Positions 1-8,451 of a stretch of DNA of 24,000 nt are shown one piece after another. Origin of the DNA: Pueribacillus sp. YX66. GTDB taxonomy: Bacteria > Bacillota > Bacilli > Bacillales > UBA6769. The number at the start of each line of letters is the position of its first letter. The stretch's first letter is position 1. The translations under genes and the position numbers were made by a program. The stretch lies in assembly GCF_041725775.1 (NCBI RefSeq), contig NZ_JBEUEL010000004.1, forward strand, positions 84,748 to 108,747, in the 5' to 3' direction. A model generated the notes under the pieces. It was not told where the DNA came from. It ran no database searches and worked only from the letters and a program-made list of their open reading frames with translations.

Positions 1-201
1 CAGTATCGCATGATGGAAGGTTTGCCGACACTATATAGTTCAAACTATGATTACGATGGGTTAGAAGATCATTTAGCGTATTCAGCAAAAGCTGGAACGG
101 AACTGCTGAAAGCGAAACGAATTATGGAGCGCATACGTCATTATACCATTGCTCAATTTATCGGAGGAGCTAACCGAAGAGCAAACTACATTCAAAAATA
201 A
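1..201 (+). CDS. dnaI: C-terminal end of a helicase-loader DnaI-like protein (5' part lies outside the window)
   Basis: Frame 1 is open from the window edge to TAA at 199-201. The tail ...LLKAKRIMERIRHYT... resembles DnaI/IstB-type AAA+ loader C-termini as I remember them. It sits immediately upstream of ytxC-thrS, as in Bacillus. Confidence 0.5.
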   Translation, partial: QYRMMEGLPTLYSSNYDYDGLEDHLAYSAKAGTELLKAKRIMERIRHYTIAQFIGGANRRANYIQK

Positions 202-263
202 CTCATTTTTTTCCTTTTGCGCCATATATTTGTACAAGGTATGACGCAAAAGGAGGGGATGTT

Positions 264-1145
264 TTGATTAAAGTAGAATTTTCCAATCGTCAAGATTGTG
301 AACAAATTTACAATCAGATTATGAATCATATTGAAAATGGAAATTATGAAGTTGTTTTTGGGGTATCTGTAAAAAAAGTCGGAAAAGAACTGCTTTACAT
401 CACATTCGATCGAGATGAGGTTACATTTCAATATGTAATCCAGCCGATGCTGTCACACGTGTTTGCGGATTACATTCTTGCTACGTTTGAACTTACATGG
501 TTGCGTGACGTATTAAAAGAGAACTTTTATTATGAAGACAAAGATGAAATTCAGGAGATAGTTTCTTTGTTTTATTCAATTATGAATGGAAAACGGACGG
601 ATTTACCGAATGTTACATCGATTCCGTCTCGCCAAGGGCTTATCGAGAATGCGGTAAACTCGCTGCTAGATGATAGTTTTAAAAAGGAATTATCATTTAG
701 CTTTGACTCATTTTTAAAGTTTCGTATGAAGGAATACCGCGAATGTATATTGACTTACATAGAAATGGCGATCGATGAATACAAATTGGAACAAGATTAT
801 CAAAGTTTCATTGAAAATCTTCGTTCTTTTTTAGGTAAAAAAACGCCAATAATGAATGTTTTGCACATCGTATATACAAATAAACCTGTCTTTTTTGATG
901 AACATTTTCATTTAATCCATGAAGAACAAATAACGAGAGCAATGAACAATACGAGTTTTTTTTCCCATCAGTCGCTAATTGAACCTACATTATTACAACC
1001 ATTGTTAACGTTTGCTCCGAAGGAAGTAATCGTTTATGCAGATGATGATCAGACTGGAATTCTTTATACACTAAAAAATATTTTTCAAGAAAGATTGTCT
1101 ATTCGAAGCTTGAAAGAAGTACCTGACATGAGTACGTCAAGTTAA
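264..1145 (+). CDS. ytxC: YtxC-like putative sporulation protein
   Basis: 293-aa ORF with a TTG start 4 nt after a strong SD (AAAGGAGGGG, 250-259). Size (about 280-290 aa) and position between dnaI and thrS match Bacillus ytxC. There is no catalytic motif to confirm the call. Confidence 0.7.
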   Translation: MIKVEFSNRQDCEQIYNQIMNHIENGNYEVVFGVSVKKVGKELLYITFDRDEVTFQYVIQPMLSHVFADYILATFELTWLRDVLKENFYYEDKDEIQEIVSLFYSIMNGKRTDLPNVTSIPSRQGLIENAVNSLLDDSFKKELSFSFDSFLKFRMKEYRECILTYIEMAIDEYKLEQDYQSFIENLRSFLGKKTPIMNVLHIVYTNKPVFFDEHFHLIHEEQITRAMNNTSFFSHQSLIEPTLLQPLLTFAPKEVIVYADDDQTGILYTLKNIFQERLSIRSLKEVPDMSTSS

Positions 1146-1166
1146 CTTTGCAATTATTTTTGATTC

Positions 1167-1195
1167 TTGATTTTCTTATTTATAATGCGTATAAT
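1167..1195 (+). promoter_or_regulatory. sigma-A type promoter of the thrS leader
   Basis: TTGATT (1167-1172), 17-nt spacer, TATAAT (1190-1195). It lies directly upstream of the T-box leader. Confidence 0.55.
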
Positions 1196-1204
1196 ATCTA
1201 CATA

Positions 1205-1456
1205 AGTTTACATGGAAAAAGTAATGATGAGGACATGAATTGTTGTATGGATGTTTTAAAGAGAAGGAAGTCGAGGCTGAAAGCTTCCAAACATTGTCAG
1301 CAGTTTACCACCTCTGAACTTCAACAGTGAACAGAGTAGCTGTTGCCGGAATGAACCGTTATCAAATGAAAGTGTTGCAACAAATGTTGCAGAAGCTGGG
1401 TGGAACCGCGAGTTGAACTTCTCGTCCCATTTTTTGGGACGGGATTTTTGTTTTTT
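1205..1456 (+). promoter_or_regulatory. T-box riboswitch leader, threonine specifier (ACC)
   Basis: AGAGA/GA-motif region around 1259-1270. Specifier region has tttACCACCtc with ACC at 1307-1309 followed by A. Conserved T-box sequence AGCTGGGTGGAACCGCGAG at about 1394-1413. The terminator hairpin overlaps its 3' side. Confidence 0.88.
1423..1456 (+). terminator. Intrinsic terminator of the Thr T-box
   Basis: CGTCCCA (1423-1429) / TGGGACG (1435-1441) stem with a TTTTT loop, followed by GGATTTTTGTTTTTT. Confidence 0.85.
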
Positions 1457-1595
1457 AAGGATCTTTTCGTAAGAATTAATGTATATCTTTATTCTCGCAG
1501 TTGAAAGAAACTATGCTAGTTGAAGCTATGCACTTGTTTTGCTCTGTTAACCTTCTAGTGTTATTACTGTAAATACATCAGTAGTTTGAAGCGGA

Positions 1596-1638
1596 GGAAA
1601 TACACGAAGGCCTCTGTAGGAAAGCGAAGTGTATTTCC
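1596..1638 (+). repeat. Perfect 10-bp inverted repeat (hairpin) inside the extended thrS leader
   Basis: GGAAATACAC (1596-1605) pairs with GTGTATTTCC (1629-1638) around a 23-nt loop. No U-tract follows. Confidence 0.7.
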
Positions 1639-1672
1639 AAAGCAGTACTTATGGTACGCAAACCAAGAACGC

Positions 1673-1773
1673 CACGTTCGAGACTCCCAATGTTTACTCA
1701 GAGATGTATTGTTCTGGGTTTACTCTCAGCACAGCATACTCGAGGGAGCATTGTTTAAGTCCTGTGGCAACGT
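1673..1773 (+). repeat. Copy A of a dispersed intergenic element (partner at 4227-4320)
   Basis: Block 1 (1673-1694) versus 4227-4248 is 18/22 identical. Block 2 (1725-1773) versus 4272-4320 is 38/49 identical and ungapped. The spacer between blocks is variable, 30 versus 23 nt. Confidence 0.75.
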
Positions 1774-1892
1774 CTGGGACTGCGATTACTCGTCCCACCG
1801 TAAAAATTTGCACTAGCACATCCTGTGCGTCGCAGTTTATCGATATTGTATCAAAAACAACTTTATTAACAATTTAAAGGAGTGGAAGGAAC

Positions 1893-3830
1893 ATGGCAGA
1901 AAATCTACAACTTACATTTCCAGACGGAACTGTCAAGGAGTTTCCTAACGGAACAACATTTGATGAGATTGCAGCTTCGATCAGCCCTGGTTTACGAAAA
2001 AAAGCAATTGTAGGAAAATTAAATGGGCAACTAGTTGATTTAAAACGACCGCTTCGTGAAAGTGGTAGTATTGAAATTTTAACTCCGAATCATGAAGAGT
2101 CTCTTGAAGTGTTACGGCATAGCACAGCGCATTTAATGGCACAGGCAATAAAGCGAATATACGGTAATGTCAGTCTTGGAGTCGGTCCTGTCATTGAAAA
2201 TGGCTTTTATTATGACATTGATTGCGAAGAACCGATTTCTGCTGAAGATTTACCTAAAATTGAAAAAGAAATGAAAAAAATTGTTAATGAAAACCTTGAA
2301 ATTCGCCGGCACGTCGTAACTCGGGAAGAAGCAGAACGGATGTTTAATGAAATTGAAGATCCGTTAAAGGTTGAATTGTTGCACGATATTCCAGAAAATG
2401 AAGAAGTGACTATTTATGAGCAAGGGGAATTTTTTGATTTATGCAGAGGTCCTCACGTTCCATCGACGAGCAAATTAACAGTATTTAAGCTCTTAAGCCT
2501 TGCAGGTGCTTATTGGCGAGGCGACAGTAATAATAAAATGTTGCAACGCATCTATGGAACAGCGTTTTTTAAGCAATCTGAACTCAATGAACATTTGCAA
2601 ATGCTAGAAGAAGCGAAAGAGCGTGACCATCGTAAACTAGGAAAAGAGTTACAGTTATTTACGATTTCACAAGAAGTTGGACAAGGTCTGCCCATTTGGT
2701 TACCAAAAGGGGCGACGATTCGTCGTACTATCGAGAGATATATTGTAGATTTAGAAGAGAAACTCGGCTATCATCACGTGTATACACCGCATTTGGCGAG
2801 TGTTGAACTTTATAAAATTAGTGGACATTTAGATCATTATCAGGATGACATGTATCCGTCTATGAAAATGGATGAAACCGAAGAGCTCGTACTTCGTCCG
2901 ATGAACTGTCCGCATCATATGATGATTTACAAAAATGAAATTCGCAGTTATCGTAATTTACCATATCGAGTAGCTGAATTAGGGACAATGCATCGTTATG
3001 AAATGTCGGGTGCGCTTGCAGGCTTGCAACGTGTCCGTTCGATGACATTAAATGATGCCCACATTTTCTGTCGCCCTGATCAGATTAAAGAGGAATTTAT
3101 TCAAGTTGTCGAGCTCATTCAAGAAGTATATCGGGATTTTAACCTCAATGATTATTACTTCCGTCTGTCTTATCGTGACCCGAAAGATAAGGAAAAGTAC
3201 GTTGATAACGATACCATGTGGGATAAGGCACAATCGATGTTAAAAGAAGCGATGGATGATCTCGGTCTAGACTACGTTGAAGCGGAAGGTGAAGCAGCAT
3301 TTTACGGACCGAAGTTAGACGTTCAAGTGAAAACAGCCCTCGGAAAAGACGAAACGCTTTCGACTGTTCAACTGGACTTTCATTTACCTGAACGATTTGA
3401 TTTAACGTATATTGGTGAAGATGGCAAGGAGCATCGTCCAGTCGTTATTCACCGTGGCGTCGTTTCAACGATGGAACGATTTGTTGCGTTTTTAATTGAA
3501 GAATATAAAGGTGCATTTCCAACATGGTTAGCACCGATCCAAGTACAGATTATCCCTGTTGCTGAAGTTCATATTGAATATGCAAACAAAGTGAAAGAAG
3601 CGTTACAACGTAAACGTGTCCGCGTAGAAATGGATAACCGAAACGAAAAAATTGGTTATAAAATACGTGAGGCCCAAGTCCAAAAAATTCCATTTATGGT
3701 CGTCGTCGGTGATAAAGAAATTGAATCTGGAAGTGTCAATATCCGTAAATATGGAGAACAAAAATCAACTTCACAGCCGTTAGACACGTTTATATCTGAA
3801 ATTACCGAATTGATTCAGCAACGTAAATAA
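1893..3830 (+). CDS. thrS: Threonyl-tRNA synthetase
   Basis: 645-aa ORF with TGS/second-additional domain, class II core and anticodon-binding region, recognisable from e.g. [18 protein letters not shown] and FYGPKLD. SD AAAGGAGTGGAAGG precedes the ATG. A Thr T-box lies upstream. Confidence 0.97.
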   Translation: MAENLQLTFPDGTVKEFPNGTTFDEIAASISPGLRKKAIVGKLNGQLVDLKRPLRESGSIEILTPNHEESLEVLRHSTAHLMAQAIKRIYGNVSLGVGPVIENGFYYDIDCEEPISAEDLPKIEKEMKKIVNENLEIRRHVVTREEAERMFNEIEDPLKVELLHDIPENEEVTIYEQGEFFDLCRGPHVPSTSKLTVFKLLSLAGAYWRGDSNNKMLQRIYGTAFFKQSELNEHLQMLEEAKERDHRKLGKELQLFTISQEVGQGLPIWLPKGATIRRTIERYIVDLEEKLGYHHVYTPHLASVELYKISGHLDHYQDDMYPSMKMDETEELVLRPMNCPHHMMIYKNEIRSYRNLPYRVAELGTMHRYEMSGALAGLQRVRSMTLNDAHIFCRPDQIKEEFIQVVELIQEVYRDFNLNDYYFRLSYRDPKDKEKYVDNDTMWDKAQSMLKEAMDDLGLDYVEAEGEAAFYGPKLDVQVKTALGKDETLSTVQLDFHLPERFDLTYIGEDGKEHRPVVIHRGVVSTMERFVAFLIEEYKGAFPTWLAPIQVQIIPVAEVHIEYANKVKEALQRKRVRVEMDNRNEKIGYKIREAQVQKIPFMVVVGDKEIESGSVNIRKYGEQKSTSQPLDTFISEITELIQQRK

Positions 3831-3860
3831 TTGACAATTGTATTGATGTAGTGTTATGCT
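3831..3860 (+). promoter_or_regulatory. sigma-A promoter of the infC-rpmI-rplT operon
   Basis: TTGACA (3831-3836) starts right after the thrS stop. An extended -10 TGtTATGCT (3852-3860) follows with an 18-nt spacer. Confidence 0.55.
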
Positions 3861-3865
3861 TGTTG

Positions 3866-4010
3866 AGCAAGTAAATGAATATTCGACGAAGCAAGAAGAA
3901 GCGCCCGCTTCTCACCTGAATGACGCCGGAATGCTCGGTAGTTAACAGGTTAAGTGGAAAATAATTTTGATCTCGATCGGTGTGGGCGTTTCTGCGTCCA
4001 CATTTTTTTA
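3866..4010 (+). promoter_or_regulatory. Probable L20-responsive attenuator leader of infC-rpmI-rplT
   Basis: A structured roughly 145-nt segment between a consensus-like promoter and an intrinsic terminator, upstream of infC-rpmI-rplT. In Bacillus this operon is known to be controlled by an L20-binding leader with a terminator. I could not verify the 23S-mimic motif by eye. Confidence 0.5.
3981..4010 (+). terminator. Intrinsic terminator (leader attenuator and/or thrS terminator)
   Basis: TGTGGGCG (3981-3988) pairs with CGTCCACA (3995-4002), including one G-U, followed by T7 (4004-4010). Confidence 0.8.
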
Positions 4011-4226
4011 TTTGTTATGCATGTTTAATCAAGAAGAAAATGAGAGATACGTTCTGCGACAGGGGTTATTCGTCGCAAAACTGCAGAGGATATTCAAGTG
4101 TTATTTTTGTTGCAACGTTGACACAAGCTGGACTTTTCTATGAGGCTCGAGCTAAAGACTAGGATCTTGTACAAAATACTGATTTCTACTTTGTGTGCAG
4201 GACGTGCAAGTGGTGTGGTTATACAT

Positions 4227-4320
4227 CACGTTCGAGATTCTAAATGTAATGTTTTTTCTTTAAGTTACATTCTTAGCACAACAGACTTAATGGAGTATTG
4301 TTTAAGTTTTGTGAAAACGT
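4227..4320 (+). repeat. Copy B of the dispersed intergenic element (partner at 1673-1773)
   Basis: Same two blocks as copy A. Contains an inner hairpin AATGTAA (4243-4249) / TTACATT (4265-4271). Confidence 0.75.
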
Positions 4321-4472
4321 TGAATATACTTCTATCCTGTATAATCTCTCTGTATGAATGAAGACAGGCCGTTGCTTTTGTCGATAGATTCATCAAATTG
4401 CAAATTGAGAATGCCTGTAGTGAAAAAATAGCCTTCACTAAAGGTTCGATAAATTAATGGAGGTGGCTAACT

Positions 4473-4994
4473 ATTAGTAAAGACATGTTGGTGAATGAGG
4501 CCATTCGCGCTCGCGAAGTTCGAGTCATTGGTGCAAACGGAGATCAAATTGGGGTGAAGTCGCGTCAAGAAGCATTACAATTAGCCCAAAATGCAAACCT
4601 TGATCTTGTAATGGTTGCACCGAACGGAAAACCCCCTGTCTGTAGAATTATGGACTTTGGGAAATATCGCTATGAACAGCAAAAAAAAGATAAAGAAGCC
4701 AGGAAAAAGCAAAAAACGATCAATGTGAAAGAAGTTCGCTTTAGCCCAAACATTGACGAACATGATTTTAACACAAAGCTGAGAAATGCAAGAAGGTTTC
4801 TTGAAAAAGGCGATAAAGTAAAAGCGAGCATCCGTTTCCGTGGTCGTGCGATTACGCATTCTGACATCGGAAAAGATGTATTAGATCGTCTTGCTGACGA
4901 ATGCAAAGATCTTGCAGTTGTCGAATCCAGACCAAAAATGGATGGCCGAAGCATGTTTTTAATCTTGGCACCAAATACGAACGAATCGAAATAG
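4473..4994 (+). CDS. infC: Translation initiation factor IF-3, non-canonical ATT start
   Basis: SD GGAGGTGG (4459-4466) lies 6 nt before the in-frame ATT (4473-4475), giving (M)[19 protein letters not shown] and 173 aa, the size I recall for Bacillus IF3. The first ATG (4485) is 18 nt past the SD end (21 nt from the GGAGG core), which is too far. Confidence 0.9.
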   Translation: MSKDMLVNEAIRAREVRVIGANGDQIGVKSRQEALQLAQNANLDLVMVAPNGKPPVCRIMDFGKYRYEQQKKDKEARKKQKTINVKEVRFSPNIDEHDFNTKLRNARRFLEKGDKVKASIRFRGRAITHSDIGKDVLDRLADECKDLAVVESRPKMDGRSMFLILAPNTNESK

Positions 4995-5024
4995 ATATTC
5001 GAAGTTTTTAAGGAGGAAGTTACT

Positions 5025-5228
5025 ATGCCTAAAATGAAAACTCACAAAGGTGCTGCAAAGCGCTTCAAAAAAACAGGGACTGGAAAGCTTAAACGTCATC
5101 ATGCGTATACAAGTCACTTAGCTGCAAATAAAACGCAAAAACAAAAGCGTAAGCTTCGTAAGGCTGCAATCGTATCAAGTGGAGATTTCAAACGAATTCG
5201 TTCGTTGTTAACGTATAAGAAAAGATAA
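5025..5228 (+). CDS. rpmI: 50S ribosomal protein L35
   Basis: 67-aa basic protein starting [33 protein letters not shown] is upstream. Confidence 0.97.
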   Translation: MPKMKTHKGAAKRFKKTGTGKLKRHHAYTSHLAANKTQKQKRKLRKAAIVSSGDFKRIRSLLTYKKR

Positions 5229-5251
5229 AGAAACTCAGGAGGTATGCAATC

Positions 5252-5611
5252 ATGGCAAGAGTTAAAGGTGGCTACGTTACTCGTCAGCGACGTAAAAAAG
5301 TTTTAAAATTAGCCAAAGGTTATTATGGCGCTAAACATAGATTATTTCGCACAGCTAATGAACAAGTTATGCGGTCGTTACGCTATGCGTATCGTGACCG
5401 TCGTCAAAGAAAACGTGATTTCCGAAAGTTATGGATTACTCGGATTAACGCAGCAGCTCGATTAAATGGACTATCATACAGCCGTCTTATGCACGGATTA
5501 AAAACAGCTGGAATCGATATTAATCGTAAAATGCTTGCTGATTTAGCTGTTAATGATGAAAAAGCATTTGCAAATCTTGCAGAAAAAGCTAAAGAAAGCT
5601 TAAAAGCATAA
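5252..5611 (+). CDS. rplT: 50S ribosomal protein L20
   Basis: 119-aa protein starting [35 protein letters not shown] is upstream. Confidence 0.97.
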   Translation: MARVKGGYVTRQRRKKVLKLAKGYYGAKHRLFRTANEQVMRSLRYAYRDRRQRKRDFRKLWITRINAAARLNGLSYSRLMHGLKTAGIDINRKMLADLAVNDEKAFANLAEKAKESLKA

Positions 5612-5626
5612 CTTACATCATAATAA

Positions 5627-5665
5627 GTGTAAACAAAGTAAAAAGTCTTTGTTTACACTTTTTTT
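5627..5665 (+). terminator. Intrinsic terminator of infC-rpmI-rplT
   Basis: Perfect 12-bp stem GTGTAAACAAAG (5627-5638) / CTTTGTTTACAC (5647-5658), followed by T7. Confidence 0.9.
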
Positions 5666-5762
5666 GTTCTTCCTCTAACTTTCGCGTCGGAAATTACCTC
5701 GGATTGAGACTTCACATCATTATTATTCTTTTATCTATAAAGTCAATCTTCCTTTAATTAAT

Positions 5763-5793
5763 GAATAATTTTTCATGTTTGCTAACCATAATA
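5763..5793 (+). promoter_or_regulatory. Possible forespore sigma-G-type promoter of the germinant receptor operon
   Basis: GAATA (5763-5767) and CATAATA (5787-5793) resemble the GHATR / CATxxTA consensus. The spacer is 19 nt, one longer than typical. Confidence 0.35.
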
Positions 5794-5809
5794 AGGAAAG
5801 AAGAAAATT

Positions 5810-6940
5810 GTGAGAAATGGAGAACGTATGGATAAGTCTAATAAAATTTCTGTATTTCAAATGACATTGTTATTAATTTCTGCAGTTGGTTTAAAAAATC
5901 ATGTCATCGTTATTCCTATGCTTCTTAAAACTGGTGGACGCGACGCTTGGATAGGCGTCCTTCTTGTTGCTTTACTAACGTTAATTTGGTCTTTTTTACT
6001 TTTATACATTTATAAAACAATAAAAGGACAACATATTAACAATTGGTTAGAAAACAATATCGGAAAAAAGTTTTCTATTTTGTTTCGGTGCGTTGTCGGA
6101 GTGTATATCGTCATCATAGTATGTGTGACGTTAAGAGAAACGATTACGTGGACAAATGTGTCTTATTTATGGCGTACTCCTCCATTAGCTATAACGCTTT
6201 TGTTTATTATTCCATGTGTGTTGGCAGCGATGACGAGTCTTCGCGCACTAGCAATTGCTAATTTCTTTTTACTTGCTCTCGTCGTTTTTCTTGGTCACTT
6301 TGTAGCTATAGCTAATATTCAATATAAAGATTACTCGTTGTTACTACCAATGTTCGAAAATGGTTTCGCACCGATCTTTCATTCACTCATTTATCAAGCA
6401 TCAGGTATGGTCGAGTTAATCTTTATCATCTTTCTTCAACATCAGTTTCATACAAAGCTTAAATATCGACATTTCGTTATAAATACGATCATCCTAACTT
6501 GGCTTACACTTGGTCCGTTAACAGGTGCAATCGTTGAATTTGGGCCAGGGGAAGCGTCAATGCAGCGCTATCCAGCATATGAAGAATGGGCGCTCGTTCG
6601 AGTCGGTAAATACATTGAACACGTTGACTATCTTTCAATATATCAATGGCTTTCAGGTGCATTTATTCGGATTACGTTAATGTTGTATATCTTACGCTTA
6701 TTGTTAAACAAATCGAGTACAAAAGTGAATGTATGGCTACTTTCCGCTGTATCAGCCATCATTACAATTACTATTGTCATTCCAGTTGATGATCGGTATT
6801 TTTTTGATTTTTTAAACTACATTGCATTGCCTGCAACATTTTATATTTTCTTTACGTTATCTCTCATACTTGCGTGTTGTGTTTTTATAAGTAATAGACG
6901 GAAAAAAAAGGGGGGTGGCACAGTTGTCAATCAAAAATAA
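5810..6940 (+). CDS. Spore germination protein, GerAB-type (B subunit, APC-superfamily permease)
   Basis: 376-aa polytopic membrane ORF with the typical N-terminus ...KISVFQMTLLLISAVGLKNHVIVIP. The start is ambiguous: GTG at 5810 or ATG at 5828 (MDKSNKISVFQ). Confidence 0.85.
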   Translation: MRNGERMDKSNKISVFQMTLLLISAVGLKNHVIVIPMLLKTGGRDAWIGVLLVALLTLIWSFLLLYIYKTIKGQHINNWLENNIGKKFSILFRCVVGVYIVIIVCVTLRETITWTNVSYLWRTPPLAITLLFIIPCVLAAMTSLRALAIANFFLLALVVFLGHFVAIANIQYKDYSLLLPMFENGFAPIFHSLIYQASGMVELIFIIFLQHQFHTKLKYRHFVINTIILTWLTLGPLTGAIVEFGPGEASMQRYPAYEEWALVRVGKYIEHVDYLSIYQWLSGAFIRITLMLYILRLLLNKSSTKVNVWLLSAVSAIITITIVIPVDDRYFFDFLNYIALPATFYIFFTLSLILACCVFISNRRKKKGGGTVVNQK

Positions 6941-8444
6941 GCAAGGTAATGATCATGGAGGACAACAAGAATCAGAGCAAAAATTGCTAAAAAATTTAAA
7001 TTCCCTTGAAACATTGTTTGCCGAAAGTGCAGATGTTAATTTCCATACATTTTCTTTTGGGGAGTCCTTATATAAGCATGATATTACGTTTATAATGTGC
7101 ATTGGTCTTGTCGATAGCAATGCGTTAAACAACGTTATTTATGAGAGATTTGTTTATTTTTTTAAACATATAACGAAAGAGAAAGTATCAGAACAAGATG
7201 TCATCCACCACCTATATGCTCCAGGGATAACACGGATTTATTATGAAAATGAGGCGATTGAAAAAATATTTTCAGGTCAACTGCTAGTGTATTTTCAAAA
7301 AGAAAATATGTTTTTTACCATTGATATTTCTGACCGACCGCAGCGTTCGACCGAAGAGACGAATACAGAAGTGGCAATTAAAGGTCCTCGCGATAACTTT
7401 ATTGAAGATTTATCGACAAACATTGCTCTCATACGAAAACGGTTACGGACAAATTCATTAGCATTGAAAAAGTATACAGTCGGGAAGCGAACGCAAACTG
7501 AAGTTGCAATTTTGTATATTAAGGATATTGCGAACGGAGAACAACTTCAAGAACTTGAGAAAAGAATAAAAGAAATTAACATTGACGGGGTGTTTAGTGG
7601 TAGGCAGTTTCATGAATTAATTTTAGAAAAGCCATTTTCTTTTTTTCCGACGCACCATTATACTGGCCGACCTGATTTTGCGATAAATAGTCTCTTAAAC
7701 GGCCGTTATTTAATTTTTGTTGATGGTGTGGCGTATGCGGTCATCGTTCCAGTAAATTTTGGGTTTATTTTAAAAACAGGAGAAGATACGGAAAGTAATT
7801 ATATTTATAACTCGTTAGAACGGCTGATCCGATTTCTCGGATTAGTGTTCGCAATTTATTTACCGGGTTTTCATATCGCATTGACAAGTTTCCATCAGAA
7901 CCAAATTCCGATCGTTTTTCTTGGAACGATCATCGAGGCGAGCAAAGGTGTTCCCTTTCCAGCCCCAATTGAAGCTTTAGTTACATTGTTTTTGTTTGAA
8001 GTGTTTCGTGAAGCTGGTTTGCGGCTTCCGATGGCGATCGGACAGACGTTAAGTGTTGTAGGTGGGCTAATCATAGGAGATGCTGCCATCCGTGCGGGCA
8101 TAACGAGTCCGCTTACCGTTGTTATCATGGCAACATCAGCCGTTGCGGCATACACTCTCGTTAATTTATCTTTACATGGGATTGTCGCGATTTTAAGGTT
8201 TTTTGTACTCTTGTTATCTTCTTGTTTCGGTTTTTTCGGATTTTTTGTTTCGATTTATATTGTTTTAATGTATATGGCTAACATCCAATCGTTAGGAGTT
8301 TCTTACATGACAGTTCCTGAAGTAACAACAATAAAACCTGTACTAAAAACATTTTTAAGATTACCGGAGAAAAAGTACAAAAGACGTCCTAGTTTTCTGC
8401 GGACTAAAGATAAAACGAGACAACCACCGAAGAGAAAGGATTGA
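6915..8444 (+). CDS. Spore germination protein, GerAA-type (A subunit)
   Basis: 509-aa ORF with a soluble N-terminal domain and C-terminal TM helices. It carries motifs typical of GerA-family A subunits (AIKGPRDNFIEDL, RTQTEVAILYIKDIAN, HHYTGRPD). It overlaps the B gene. The start is GTG 6915 or TTG 6924, the latter 5 nt after AGGGGGGTGG. Confidence 0.9.
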   Translation: MAQLSIKNKQGNDHGGQQESEQKLLKNLNSLETLFAESADVNFHTFSFGESLYKHDITFIMCIGLVDSNALNNVIYERFVYFFKHITKEKVSEQDVIHHLYAPGITRIYYENEAIEKIFSGQLLVYFQKENMFFTIDISDRPQRSTEETNTEVAIKGPRDNFIEDLSTNIALIRKRLRTNSLALKKYTVGKRTQTEVAILYIKDIANGEQLQELEKRIKEINIDGVFSGRQFHELILEKPFSFFPTHHYTGRPDFAINSLLNGRYLIFVDGVAYAVIVPVNFGFILKTGEDTESNYIYNSLERLIRFLGLVFAIYLPGFHIALTSFHQNQIPIVFLGTIIEASKGVPFPAPIEALVTLFLFEVFREAGLRLPMAIGQTLSVVGGLIIGDAAIRAGITSPLTVVIMATSAVAAYTLVNLSLHGIVAILRFFVLLLSSCFGFFGFFVSIYIVLMYMANIQSLGVSYMTVPEVTTIKPVLKTFLRLPEKKYKRRPSFLRTKDKTRQPPKRKD

Positions 8445-8451
8445 TTTCACT

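Noticed and set aside
192-431. 79-aa minus-strand ORF across the dnaI/ytxC junction
   Set aside because: It is antisense to the well-supported ytxC start region, has no SD, and has a low-complexity AT-rich-codon composition.
1148-1330. 60-aa plus-strand ORF downstream of ytxC
   Set aside because: It lies entirely within the thrS promoter and T-box stem I/specifier region. It has no SD and an implausible composition.
1586-1877. Overlapping 76-aa and 82-aa ORFs in the extended thrS leader
   Set aside because: Neither has an SD. The homologous copy at 4227-4320 differs by indels that shift the similarity between reading frames (HVRDSQC/HVRDSKC in one frame, LSTAYSREHCLS/LSTTDLMEYCLS in another). 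Conservation is therefore at the nucleotide or RNA level, not the protein level.
1457-1892. Possible second tandem T-box before thrS, as in genes with tandem T-boxes
   Set aside because: There is no second T-box consensus (GGGTGGnACCGCG) and no specifier-loop architecture in this stretch.
2860-3243. Short ORFs on both strands inside thrS
   Set aside because: They are embedded in, or antisense to, a highly conserved synthetase coding frame.
3980-4361. 60-aa and 73-aa ORFs upstream of infC
   Set aside because: Neither has an SD. The first begins inside a terminator hairpin. The frame-inconsistency argument given for 1586-1877 applies here too.
4457-4477. Six-codon mini-ORF ATGGAGGTGGCTAACTATTAG overlapping the infC SD and ATT start
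   Set aside because: It has no SD of its own. The ATG is part of the sequence around the infC SD, so it is probably coincidental.
4581-4954. 92-aa and 94-aa minus-strand ORFs inside infC
   Set aside because: They are antisense shadows of the lysine/arginine-rich IF3 frame.
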